Source of the DNA: Thermoplasmatota archaeon
Lineage (GTDB): Archaea; Thermoplasmatota; Penumbrarchaeia; Penumbrarchaeales; Penumbrarchaeaceae
NCBI GenBank assembly: GCA_029762535.1
Contig: JARVGK010000002.1
Coordinates: forward strand, 73,603-137,602
DNA: 64,000 bases
Direction: 5' to 3'
The position numbers were made by a program, and so were the translations under genes. Below are positions 17,320 to 27,252 of this stretch, one piece after another (position 1 is the stretch's first letter; each line of letters opens with the position of its first letter). Below the pieces are notes generated by a model that was not told where the DNA came from, made no database searches, and saw nothing but the letters and a program-made list of their open reading frames with translations.

Positions 17320-19326
17320 TTATAACACTCCGTAGAAGCGTTTGTTTATTTCTTTGTCCTCGTCTGATACGCCATAATCCTCGTCATCAATTTCGTTGAA
17401 ATTAACATAAAGCTGATTTTTATCCAGACACTCAATTAGGAATGCCTTTTGGTTCTCCAAGTCCAAGTCCTTGAAATCTTGAGCATTTTCATCGAATTGC
17501 TTCGGATCTATTCTGTAACTAAGGAAAGCTTCTTTTTTCATCTTATCCCATATTGCCAATAAATCTTTTATTGTCTTTGCTTCTTGAATTTTATCCATAT
17601 AGGATTCATTCCATTTCATCAGTTCACAATAAATAAATTCACCACCACCTTCCCACTTTACATATTTTGAGATACCAGATTGATCATAATTTTCAATTTT
17701 CTCTATTAATTTACCCTTTGAGTTTGCATTTCCGATAACATTTTTTAATCTCATAAGCGAATCATTTTTACCATAATCCAATTGTTCTATGCCGAGATAT
17801 TTTCTACCCAACTTATGCGCAACTGCACATGTTGTACCACTACCTAAGAAGAAATCCAAAACAATATCTCCCTTATCAGTTCCCATTTCAATTATTCTCC
17901 TTAAAAGTTTTTCTGGTTTTTTACCACGTTTTAATTTAACATTACCTTCATTAGCAATTCCTTCCCAAGGTATATCCGTCCATATATTTGATAATAAATT
18001 TGTTGGAACGAGATTACCATCAATGTTTCTAACCTTGTTATTATAAAAAGTAATTTCTTTTCCATTTAAGATATATCTATCAGTTAAATTATCTCTTCGA
18101 TTAACAAATACTTTATCCAGATTCTTCAAAGATTCTTCCTTTATGTCTAATGTTTCCTTTCCAGCATCAATGTTTATTTCTGTAAATCGAAAGACTCTTT
18201 CCTTATTATTCAAGGCATAGTCCGCTAATTCAGATAAAGTACGATTTGTTCCTAATTCTTTTTTTAAATATCGACTATTTTTAACCTTAAACTTTTCCGC
18301 AATAATATCTTTAATATTTGAATAAGTCCAATTTGATGGGTTTTCTTCAATATTGTCTATCTGAAATGAATAATTTTCATCATAATTAGTTTCTTCGTAT
18401 TGAGTGATGTACTTCCACAACTTTTTAGACTTTGCATAAATTAATATATATTCGGCACTTTCAAAAACTCCCAAATTTACAGTTTTAAAACCAGACGGAG
18501 ATCGAGTTTTTATACTAATAAGATTAATGAAATTATTATCAAATATTTCATCTAGTAATATTCTTAATCTGGATACATGAATGTCGCTAATTTGAATGAA
18601 AATGGCCCCATCCTTACATAGTAATTCTCGTGCAATTTCTAATCTGTTTTTCATAAATGTAAGCCATGTTGAGTAGTTAAAACTATCATTATACTGAAAC
18701 TCATCATTCCCTGTATTGTAGGGAGGGTCAATGTAAATTAATTTAATTTTTCCAGCATATCTTTTTTTCAATGAATGCAAAGCAAGGAGATTATTACCTT
18801 TAATCATGATATTATCTGTTGTTTTAATTTCTTCTATGTTATGCTCTCCTTTTGCATCAATCCGTTTTAAACCAGTCAATACTTTAGGATCGAATAATCT
18901 GTCAATCTCATCAGGAGCAAGAATTTCATTCCAAAATATTTCTTTGCGATTTTTTTCTTCGGGATCTTCCATTCCGCCTTCCAAAACGCAATCTTTGTAT
19001 GGCCAGGATAGAACCACTTCACTACTTTTTGTTAGGTATTCGTTTTGTGTTGTAAGTCCAATCTTGTTTTTGAAAGTGGTGTACGAATCTGGTAAGAATT
19101 CTTTGTTATCAACGAATTTCATGAATTTTTCTTTGTCAAAAATGATTGCTTTATTTACAATTTTAAAGAAATGCACTTTTAATTTTTCGTTTTCAAGAAG
19201 GAGGGAAATCAGCTCATCATCGAGTTTAAGACCAAGTTCGATTATTTTATTTTTCAATAATTTATCATCTGAAACTAAACGTTCATCCTTTTTTAATGTG
19301 TCAATCATTTCATCAATTAACGTCAT
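17320..19326 (-). CDS. Type III R-M DNA methyltransferase (Mod; beta-class N6-adenine/N4-cytosine MTase)
   Basis: 668 aa. Catalytic motif IV IDPPYNTGND precedes motif I FFLGSGTT, the beta-class order typical of Type III Mod. Its start overlaps the upstream ATPase stop (ATGA). Confidence 0.7.
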   Translation of the reverse strand: MTLIDEMIDTLKKDERLVSDDKLLKNKIIELGLKLDDELISLLLENEKLKVHFFKIVNKAIIFDKEKFMKFVDNKEFLPDSYTTFKNKIGLTTQNEYLTKSSEVVLSWPYKDCVLEGGMEDPEEKNRKEIFWNEILAPDEIDRLFDPKVLTGLKRIDAKGEHNIEEIKTTDNIMIKGNNLLALHSLKKRYAGKIKLIYIDPPYNTGNDEFQYNDSFNYSTWLTFMKNRLEIARELLCKDGAIFIQISDIHVSRLRILLDEIFDNNFINLISIKTRSPSGFKTVNLGVFESAEYILIYAKSKKLWKYITQYEETNYDENYSFQIDNIEENPSNWTYSNIKDIIAEKFKVKNSRYLKKELGTNRTLSELADYALNNKERVFRFTEINIDAGKETLDIKEESLKNLDKVFVNRRDNLTDRYILNGKEITFYNNKVRNIDGNLVPTNLLSNIWTDIPWEGIANEGNVKLKRGKKPEKLLRRIIEMGTDKGDIVLDFFLGSGTTCAVAHKLGRKYLGIEQLDYGKNDSLMRLKNVIGNANSKGKLIEKIENYDQSGISKYVKWEGGGEFIYCELMKWNESYMDKIQEAKTIKDLLAIWDKMKKEAFLSYRIDPKQFDENAQDFKDLDLENQKAFLIECLDKNQLYVNFNEIDDEDYGVSDEDKEINKRFYGVL

Positions 19327-21803
19327 TTCTTTTCCTCCTTATTATTCGAAATTAAATTCCAGTTTACGCTTCCACAATTACATCTTACGCCACTTTGTTT
19401 CATTCCATCTGCTGTAATTTTCAATATACCACCACAACTATGACATGAAAAGAGATAATATAAATCTTGAAATGCCTCTTTTATAGGTCGAAAGTCTTTA
19501 TCACTAAAGTTTATCCAATTATTAAAATGAACGTTTGCATTAATTCCCCATTGTTCAGCATATGTGCGTTTATAAATGCTAGAACGCATTGAATCTAATT
19601 CTTCAAATTTTGCCGTCTTTTCTGATTTTTCCCAGGAAACTGATGATTTTTTAGCCTTTTTAATTAAGTCCTTATATCCATCCATTAATGGTATTGTAAA
19701 ATCACCAAGATCTAGCTGGCCGTTTAATTTGTATCGTACTCGTATCTGTAATGAATCACACACTAGCCCAAAATACTCTTCCAAACCGCGTCTTAATCTC
19801 GAAGCAGCAGAAGGAACATCGTTTCTTGTCAAATCTTCTTCAATTTTACTCCAGAGGTCTGCTTGAAGATTTACTTGAGGCCCTGTATCAACTTTCCAAT
19901 TATAGAATTCAACCATGCAACTCTTATTATCAACAACTCCTTCACTTCTCATTTGATTAGCCCATGTCTTATCATGGGTTGTGATTAAAAATTGTCTGTT
20001 TGGGAAATTTGATGCAAGCACGCGACAAATATCTCGCCTATGATTCGAATCCACAGACATTATTACATCATCTAAGATAATGAGGTCAATAAGACCTTCT
20101 GCCAAACGTTCAGATAGAGCCAAATATAAACAAAGCCCCATACTATCTTGATGACCTTCACTGTGGAGGGCTTGTGGAGAAAAAGCCCCTCGGCCATAAA
20201 AATCAACTTCAAATTTTAATGCCGCCCCATCTGGTGAAATAGTCGCGGAAAAATCTTTTTCGTCTGAACCATGTAATTCTTTATATAATTGCACAAAGCG
20301 ATCATTTACATCTTTGTAAAGATTTCCCAATATAGTATCTCTGGAATATTCAAATGTATTTAACAATATCTCTGCTTTTTTATATGAGATACTTGCGTTT
20401 TTAAAATCATTTTTTGCTTTTTCAAGACCTTTTAAATTTTCTTCAAGGCGTGTTAATGTATCCCACGCAGTTTGTTCAGGGGTTATCGGTGGCGCTTTGG
20501 TTTTAACAATTTCTATTAGAGTTTGAAGATTTTGTTTAATTTCCTCAGAAATAAGCATGTGTTTTACTCTGTCGCTATCAAATTCGATCAATGGATATTT
20601 TTCGAGTGGATTAGCTAATGCTATGGATAACTGATTCAAATCTGACGAACATGTTTTCAATTGGATGCTCCATTCCTTTTCCTCAATTTTATTTAATACC
20701 TCAATTATTTTATTTATGCTTCCTCTTGTATTGTTCACACGCTTTGATATGGAATCGGACAAAGATGTAATTCTGTTTCTTTGTTGTGATATTTCTTCAA
20801 TATCAGTCAATTTTGAGGTAAGATATTCATCTAATTTACCGCTTGGCCACTGTGTATCACACAATGGGCAGTTACCCGTGTCATCGATCATAGATTTTCC
20901 AAGTTCAATTAATTGAAATCGATTGTATGTTTTCAATAATTTCGGATTCGATTTTATAGAGTTTAGAAGATTTCTAAGTTCTTTATCAAATTCAATGATT
21001 CCTTTTTGATTCTTTTCGTCAAAGGAATTATGAATATTTTGAATATCTTTTTCAAATATAGTAAGATTGACATGATTGTCGTTGATAATACTGGTAGGTG
21101 GCGTAAGGGCCTTTTTTAACGTATCTGAAGAAACCGAATTCAATTCATTACTTTTTAATGTTTTACGTAATTGATTTACGTAATCCAGTAGCATCTTTTC
21201 ATTAAATGATGTTGTTTGAATTGTTGCGTTAACCTCACCTTTTTTCTCATCTATTGCTTCTTCTTTTGTCTGCTTTTCTCTTTTAAAAGTATTTTCAATA
21301 TTTACAAATGCTTTTCTTATTATTTCAATGTCTGATATATTTAATAATGCTTGAATCTCCTGGGCACGTGTACTACCATCAGAGGTAATATATTTTAAAA
21401 TTTCTCGTCTTGTTAATACATGTTCTCCCCTCGATGCAAGGGATAAAATGGGTTCAAGATTAGGTAAATATTTTTCATCAGATACAACTAACTTAGTGGG
21501 TTGTGCCATATCTCTTTTTATTTCAATAGGAACATTAATTTTTGGAAATTGAATAACTGCACGTACAATAGCATCTTTTGGCTTGTGATCAATATGTGGG
21601 CCACATTCTTTCAATTTGATATTGCGAGTTCCCTCTCCCTTTAAACGAGAAATTCGACCTGTTAAGAGGAAATCAATGGCATCAACAACAGCACTTTTCC
21701 CTGAACCATTTGGCCCCCATATTACTATATTTTTTCCTTGGGGCGTTAGTTTTATATGGGTTATACCCCGCACATTTTCAATTTCAAGCTCAATCAGTTT
21801 CAA
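19323..21803 (-). CDS. SMC/RecF-like ABC ATPase with long coiled-coil insert and C-terminal Zn-ribbon
   Basis: 826 aa. Walker A GPNGSGKSAVVDAI. Signature-like SEGHQDSMGL. Walker B LIILDDV. H-loop TTHD. C-terminal CHSCGG...RCNCG. Confidence 0.65.
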   Translation of the reverse strand: MKLIELEIENVRGITHIKLTPQGKNIVIWGPNGSGKSAVVDAIDFLLTGRISRLKGEGTRNIKLKECGPHIDHKPKDAIVRAVIQFPKINVPIEIKRDMAQPTKLVVSDEKYLPNLEPILSLASRGEHVLTRREILKYITSDGSTRAQEIQALLNISDIEIIRKAFVNIENTFKREKQTKEEAIDEKKGEVNATIQTTSFNEKMLLDYVNQLRKTLKSNELNSVSSDTLKKALTPPTSIINDNHVNLTIFEKDIQNIHNSFDEKNQKGIIEFDKELRNLLNSIKSNPKLLKTYNRFQLIELGKSMIDDTGNCPLCDTQWPSGKLDEYLTSKLTDIEEISQQRNRITSLSDSISKRVNNTRGSINKIIEVLNKIEEKEWSIQLKTCSSDLNQLSIALANPLEKYPLIEFDSDRVKHMLISEEIKQNLQTLIEIVKTKAPPITPEQTAWDTLTRLEENLKGLEKAKNDFKNASISYKKAEILLNTFEYSRDTILGNLYKDVNDRFVQLYKELHGSDEKDFSATISPDGAALKFEVDFYGRGAFSPQALHSEGHQDSMGLCLYLALSERLAEGLIDLIILDDVIMSVDSNHRRDICRVLASNFPNRQFLITTHDKTWANQMRSEGVVDNKSCMVEFYNWKVDTGPQVNLQADLWSKIEEDLTRNDVPSAASRLRRGLEEYFGLVCDSLQIRVRYKLNGQLDLGDFTIPLMDGYKDLIKKAKKSSVSWEKSEKTAKFEELDSMRSSIYKRTYAEQWGINANVHFNNWINFSDKDFRPIKEAFQDLYYLFSCHSCGGILKITADGMKQSGVRCNCGSVNWNLISNNKEEKK

Positions 21804-21993
21804 GTTCTTCCCTCGAAGTAGTTTTTAATACGCTGATAATTTTTTTAGTATCAGCTAATTGTCCTGTTGAATTAAGTTCACGAAGCTTATTGATGGTCAC
21901 CACATTAAATTCATCTTTATCATTGAGGTCTGAAAACATTTTATCAAGTATGTGGTCAATCAATGAAGATGTTTGTATTGTTTCGGGAGTCAT
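21790..21993 (-). CDS. small 67-aa protein, function unknown (operon partner)
   Basis: ORF MTPETIQTSSLIDHILDKMF.... Its ATG overlaps the RHH TGA (ATGA), and its 3' end overlaps the ATPase start by 14 nt. Confidence 0.45.
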   Translation of the reverse strand: MTPETIQTSSLIDHILDKMFSDLNDKDEFNVVTINKLRELNSTGQLADTKKIISVLKTTSREELETD

Positions 21994-22130
21994 TTATTTA
22001 CCTCCTTCATCTGTTCTTCCATCATAATTTCAAATTGTCGGGATATGAGCCACCCCTTCTTCTTACAGAATCCTTTGTATCGTTCGTAAAGGTCTTCATC
22101 AACACTGAGGGTTACGTTCTTTGAAGGCAT
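21990..22130 (-). CDS. ribbon-helix-helix small regulator, 46 aa (third paralog)
   Basis: MPSKNVTLSVDEDLYERYKGFCKKKGWLISRQFEIMMEEQMKEVNK. Confidence 0.55.
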   Translation of the reverse strand: MPSKNVTLSVDEDLYERYKGFCKKKGWLISRQFEIMMEEQMKEVNK

Positions 22131-22161
22131 GATAATCACATTCATCTCCAAATGTCAGCAA

Positions 22162-22174
22162 ATGTATATAAGTA
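22162..22174 (-). promoter_or_regulatory. putative TATA box for the RHH-ATPase-Mod-Res operon
   Basis: Minus-strand CTTATATAC about 35 nt upstream of the RHH ATG. Confidence 0.3.
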
Positions 22175-22189
22175 TTCGCTTTTTCCGTT

Positions 22190-22620
22190 TCTATTCGTTG
22201 TTCGGAACACCCCCCACGTCCATAGAGTAAGAAAAAATTTGGGTATTCGCTTTGCGAATCCGTTTAACATCCGTTAGCCGAGAGTCTGGACTTGTCCAGA
22301 TTTTGGTGGTTCTTTCCGTCTTGTTTCCGTTAAACGAAGGCAACAACGTCATGAATTTACGGTCTCCTTTTCATAGGCATGGTTTCAAATTGAAGATAAC
22401 GGAACGCGGGTATGCGAAGTGAATATGTTTCCAGTGCGGTTCCTCAGCAGAGTATTCATTTGGGAGAGCGAGTGCAACGAAGCGAACCGCATACCCGCGT
22501 GTTAAGTCCTCCGAATGAAGTTATCCTACGGATAACGAAATGAGAATGCAATGAGATCGAGCACCGCAGACCGTTAGGTTGAGGAGCGGAGAAGTTGGCC
22601 AGCCAAGAACGTTGTTCGGG
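22190..22620. repeat. structured repeat elements (two units)
   Basis: 22200-22330: AAAATTTGGGTATTCGCTTTGCGAATCCGTTTAACA. 22390-22620: GATAACGGAACGCGGGTATGCGAAGT...CATTTGGGAGAGCGAGTGCAACGAAGCGAACCGCATACCCGCGTGTTAAGT. Followed by GAAGTTATCCTACGGATAACGAAATG and the tail ...GAGCGGAGAAGTTGG. Confidence 0.6.
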
Positions 22621-22832
22621 ACACGGTGGATTTTTTACTACCAATCTACCCCACAAGGGTTATAGGTCGAGGGTGTCTTGCTTGTAAGTCGAGGGGTTTG
22701 AAATACTTGTCAAACCAAGATTTGACCATGGCGAGGTTTACTATCTTTTGGGTTATCGTTCTGACCATTATTATTTTAGAGTTGCAATATGATTTGTTCA
22801 AATTTTCTGATGAATTCGTAAGTAAAAGAGAT

Positions 22833-25800
22833 TCAATCCTCCTCCTTTATTGGTTTGATGGTTCGAAGGTTCAAAGAAAAAGATCGCCCCTCGATATTTT
22901 CTTCTGGGATATCATCATATCTCGTTATAATAACCTTATCATCAACTTTATCACTGAGGTTTTCCACATTCCATAACTCCCATCGATCCCCACCTTCTTC
23001 CTGACTTAAAAGGAATTCCACATATTCCCTAGAGGTTATGTTTACAATTTTGGAAGAACCTAAATGTGCCTTGACTTCGATCTTAATTTGTTCTCTATCA
23101 CGAATAGCAATGATATCATAGCCTGGATTCTGTTTGGGCATTTGTTCAACTTCGAATCCTTTTAATTCTAACTCTCTTTGAGCAAATGATCTTCCTTTAG
23201 TTTCTATCATCTCATTGTCCTCATATGATGTTCTGTTCCCAGATTTGCCACCACCACCGCCACCAGATGAACCCTTAGTTTCCTCATCAACTCTCTCCTC
23301 TGTATTAACTTCATATTCAGAGTCGTCATCCTTTAATTGAATACCTTCATCTTCCTCTGAATCTGGAGTTCTTTCTTCTCTATTTTGCTCATCAAGTAAT
23401 TTTTCCTTATTGTCTTCTTCACTTTTTGTCGGTTGTTTCGGCTTTTTAGGAAGCATACCAGGAAATGGCTTCTTCGATGGTGGAGTTGACTTTTGTTGAT
23501 CAGAGTCTTTGTGTTTTACATAGTCGTTATTGAATTCTAAAAAAGAGATATCGATCTGTTCATCTGATATTCCGCTGGAAGTCAATTTTTCTCGTCTTTC
23601 GTAATCATTATTACACCTTAAAAGATTTTCATAAGTGTCGGCTTCTCCTGGCACTCCTAAATAAAACGATATTGATCGAGATATTGTAGTTACACTTTGT
23701 TTATCTTCACTTATGAATATTGTTGAACCAACAATGTAAAAATCTCCGGATATTTCGGTTTCATACTTATCAAGTAGTATCAATTTTTTTCGAATTTCCT
23801 TTTTTACTTTAACTTTGATATTTTTAATTCTTTGAATCAATTTCTGATGATCTGATAGTTTATCCGATCTTATCACATATATGTATGAAAGACTGTCAAT
23901 TAGATTTTTCGCCAATTCCGGTTTCAATTGTTTCTCATCATCATTTGTCTCAATTATTTCTTCCTTCAATATATTCTTATCACTAATTTGACGTTTTCCA
24001 AAATACTTACTTACAAACTGGTGATATCTTCTAGATATATTGAAAAAATAAACATCATTATTAAAAGCATTTTTAATCTCCACATCATCATTAATGAATA
24101 TCTCTTTGCTACTTATAATTTGAAATATATTGCTTCTTTCACATAAAAGGGGACAATCATGAAGCAATAATTCAGGAAGTGCTACCATCAAACTATTTGT
24201 TGTATCTAAACATCTTTCGTAGATTTTCATTATTTTGAATCTTAATTCTCGATTATCATTTATATCTTCATCTGAAATGAATTTTATTAATAGGTTGGAT
24301 AATATTTCTTTCCATTCTTCAGGTTTTAATTCATCAATATTTGTTCTAATAATTTTCACTTTATTCTTTAACCAATGAAAAATATTATCCTTTGAACTCT
24401 CAAAAAGATTTAAATTGATAACTGGTAATAAATACCCTATTTCAAAATTATCTTTTTCATTTAATATCCAACATTCTTCCAATGGTTTAGGATCTAGATA
24501 ATGTGTAAGAGGAGGTATGAACTTTGTTTTTAAATCAAACCACCATGATGCATCTGAGTTTCCATAATATAATGCTCTGTTGTATGGTCGATAGTGTACT
24601 CGAATATTCATATATTCTTCATAGTATTCCCAATTGTTTGCTATTAACTTTAATAAGGATATTTTAGATTTTTCAGGCAATTCGTCTAAATTTATTTTAT
24701 CAAATCTTTTATTATAACTGATTTTTTCAACATTATTATAATCTTCATTCACATGTATCGGAATTTCTTCTGTAGAAATTAATCGGGGAAATGTTTTACA
24801 CCCTAACCATCTTAAGATATCTTGATCAATTATTTTCTCTAAGCTATTGTTTTCTTTTTGTACCCATTGTATATCGTAATGATTGCGAAATAATGAGTTC
24901 AAATCACTATTGCCCCATTCTTTTCCCATATATCCAAATTTGGCTTTTATCCATATAACATCTTTTTTCCCCTTCCTTCTAGATGGAATTGGACAATTTC
25001 TAATTCCTACGGGTGCATTTTCTTCTTTCATCAACCATTTATTTTTATAGATATATCGATAATATATTGAGGGATTATCTTTTTGATTCTTGTTCCTACT
25101 ATCCCAATAATTCTCAATAGCTTTAATTAAAGCTTTTTCTGTAACATTTTCAATTCTCTCTACACCCAATGTTGCTAGGATTTTGTTGACTGAATGATGG
25201 TTTTCCAATAACTTATCCCCAAACCATTCATCAACAAACACTATCGGCATCCATTTAGGTACGAGATTTTTCTTGTCTTGATCAGATTTCCAAGTGATGA
25301 TTTGACCCTTTGAATTGGCAATTGATATCAGATGATTACCAACAGGAAGTATTGGTAGACTTTTTATAATCTCAATTTTCTCCTCTTCATTGATTTCATC
25401 TGAATCATGATTAGCCCAATTAGAGAGCCATTTCCAACAAGTCCAAATCCAATCAATATTTCCTGTATTTTTAGATGACTCTTCATTGATTACACTTAGT
25501 AACGTATTATCATCAATCAAACTGCAGTTCATGGATTTTAAAACGTTATATGAAACTTCATTCTCCTCATAACTGAAATGTAACAAGTTGTCACTAATAT
25601 TTGATGTATTTAAAATTTTACGGGCGTTTGTCAAATCACATGTTGTTGATATAAGCTTTATATCAGAGAAATTTAATAATTTTTCTCCATTAATATTGCC
25701 GAATTTTAAAGTGTTCTTTGAATAATCAACAATCACATCCCAAAATAATTTGGTGATTTCATGACTGTTTCTCTCCTCAAATGGTGATAACAATGTAATA

Positions 25801-26930
25801 TTATTTGCTGGATCACCTTTTAAATATTGCTCATCCACAAATTCAACTAATGTATGAACGAGATTATCCATTATCCATTTATTTAGATTATTATTCTCTA
25901 TCGGAAGAATTTCCGTTCTATCACTTTTTACAAAAAAATCCGCATGAAGAAGTATTGGAACTGGGGAGTAGTGTTTTGTCGGATAATACACATGGATTTT
26001 TGGGTAATCGGTCATAGATCTGATTTTACCATCAATGACATATGTACCAACCAGGAAATTAATTCCATCTTCGATAATTCTCGCATTATCTTCTTTATCA
26101 AGGTTAGATAAGAAATAAGGTGGAATCATATCACCCGACATCGTTTTTCGTTTGATTTTCCATTTCGTTACATCTTCAACGCCATCAATGGTATCATTGA
26201 TTACATTTTCCTTATCTATTGTTATTTTCCTTAAGGTTTTACTTGAACCAACAGCATCAATTATCTCCAACATTCTAATATGATGAAATGTTAGGAGAGT
26301 ATAATTTTTCAATGAAATTTTATCAAATAATACTTCGTTATCAATTTCCTCAAGATAATTCAATTTAACTACAGTTGACCAATCCGATTGAGAGGTTAGA
26401 TATTGATCATTCAAAGAAATATCATCCCAGGATATCGAAAAAGGGATCCATTGATATGGTACATCATCATCTGGAAAACCATTATTTTGTAACCATTGTT
26501 TCGCCTTTTCAAATGAGAATTCTACTCCCTCTCCTCCTATGCTAAATATTTGTGGATTATTTGAAATCTCATAAACAGCTTTGAATCCTAATCCCTTTCT
26601 TCCGATGGTCCCAGATTTTTTAATTGAATAATCCGTTCCACACAAAGATTCAATAGCATCTGGCTGTAATCCTACTCCCTTATCCAAGATATAGACCGAT
26701 TTATCGGTCAACAAAACCTTTACCTCTTTAGATTCTGCATCATCACAATTTTGGAATAATTCGTAAAACCATCGTCCAGTGTGGTCAGAAGTTACTCTTT
26801 CTGCACTTCTTGTGTCTCTGATGATTCGTTTGGGATCTCCTTTATATGTCCCTTGTAATTTTTGGTTGAATAAATCAATTGCCTTTTTAATAGGTTTCAA
26901 TATACTATCACCATCGACATACACAATCAT
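22833..26930 (-). CDS. 1,365-aa protein: N-terminal sacsin/Hsp90-like GHKL ATPase domain, long middle region, Gly-rich linker, C-terminal DUF3883-like (PD-(D/E)xK-fold) domain
   Basis: N-terminus FYELFQNCDDAESKEVKVLL and GRKGLGFKAVYEISNNPQIFS match the sacsin-repeat ATP-binding signature. C-terminus is GSSGGGGGGKSGN followed by NPGYDIIAIRDREQIKIEVKAH (the EVK motif of DUF3883). Very AT-rich. Confidence 0.6.
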   Translation of the reverse strand: MIVYVDGDSILKPIKKAIDLFNQKLQGTYKGDPKRIIRDTRSAERVTSDHTGRWFYELFQNCDDAESKEVKVLLTDKSVYILDKGVGLQPDAIESLCGTDYSIKKSGTIGRKGLGFKAVYEISNNPQIFSIGGEGVEFSFEKAKQWLQNNGFPDDDVPYQWIPFSISWDDISLNDQYLTSQSDWSTVVKLNYLEEIDNEVLFDKISLKNYTLLTFHHIRMLEIIDAVGSSKTLRKITIDKENVINDTIDGVEDVTKWKIKRKTMSGDMIPPYFLSNLDKEDNARIIEDGINFLVGTYVIDGKIRSMTDYPKIHVYYPTKHYSPVPILLHADFFVKSDRTEILPIENNNLNKWIMDNLVHTLVEFVDEQYLKGDPANNITLLSPFEERNSHEITKLFWDVIVDYSKNTLKFGNINGEKLLNFSDIKLISTTCDLTNARKILNTSNISDNLLHFSYEENEVSYNVLKSMNCSLIDDNTLLSVINEESSKNTGNIDWIWTCWKWLSNWANHDSDEINEEEKIEIIKSLPILPVGNHLISIANSKGQIITWKSDQDKKNLVPKWMPIVFVDEWFGDKLLENHHSVNKILATLGVERIENVTEKALIKAIENYWDSRNKNQKDNPSIYYRYIYKNKWLMKEENAPVGIRNCPIPSRRKGKKDVIWIKAKFGYMGKEWGNSDLNSLFRNHYDIQWVQKENNSLEKIIDQDILRWLGCKTFPRLISTEEIPIHVNEDYNNVEKISYNKRFDKINLDELPEKSKISLLKLIANNWEYYEEYMNIRVHYRPYNRALYYGNSDASWWFDLKTKFIPPLTHYLDPKPLEECWILNEKDNFEIGYLLPVINLNLFESSKDNIFHWLKNKVKIIRTNIDELKPEEWKEILSNLLIKFISDEDINDNRELRFKIMKIYERCLDTTNSLMVALPELLLHDCPLLCERSNIFQIISSKEIFINDDVEIKNAFNNDVYFFNISRRYHQFVSKYFGKRQISDKNILKEEIIETNDDEKQLKPELAKNLIDSLSYIYVIRSDKLSDHQKLIQRIKNIKVKVKKEIRKKLILLDKYETEISGDFYIVGSTIFISEDKQSVTTISRSISFYLGVPGEADTYENLLRCNNDYERREKLTSSGISDEQIDISFLEFNNDYVKHKDSDQQKSTPPSKKPFPGMLPKKPKQPTKSEEDNKEKLLDEQNREERTPDSEEDEGIQLKDDDSEYEVNTEERVDEETKGSSGGGGGGKSGNRTSYEDNEMIETKGRSFAQRELELKGFEVEQMPKQNPGYDIIAIRDREQIKIEVKAHLGSSKIVNITSREYVEFLLSQEEGGDRWELWNVENLSDKVDDKVIITRYDDIPEENIEGRSFSLNLRTIKPIKEED

Positions 26931-27252
26931 ACTTTAATCGTGGACCTTTGTTTATTTTTGCGGTCATAAACATCATTTTCCGAACTTGTTCTATGCTTTT
27001 ACCATATTTATAAGCTTCTTTGCTTTCACCCAAGCTCCATGTTATTACACCCTCAACCTATTCTTTCCAAAAAATCCACCGTGTCTTTTTACCCCGAAGT
27101 CTGGCTGGCCAATTGGACTTAACTCCTATCATGCGATGTGTTGGATCGGATACTTTCACTTTCACATGGTTATTGCGAAGATTTATTAACCCGGGATCCT
27201 CCTTTGGTTTCATGGGATCATACCCGGACATGGATAAGGAGATGGTGAATAT

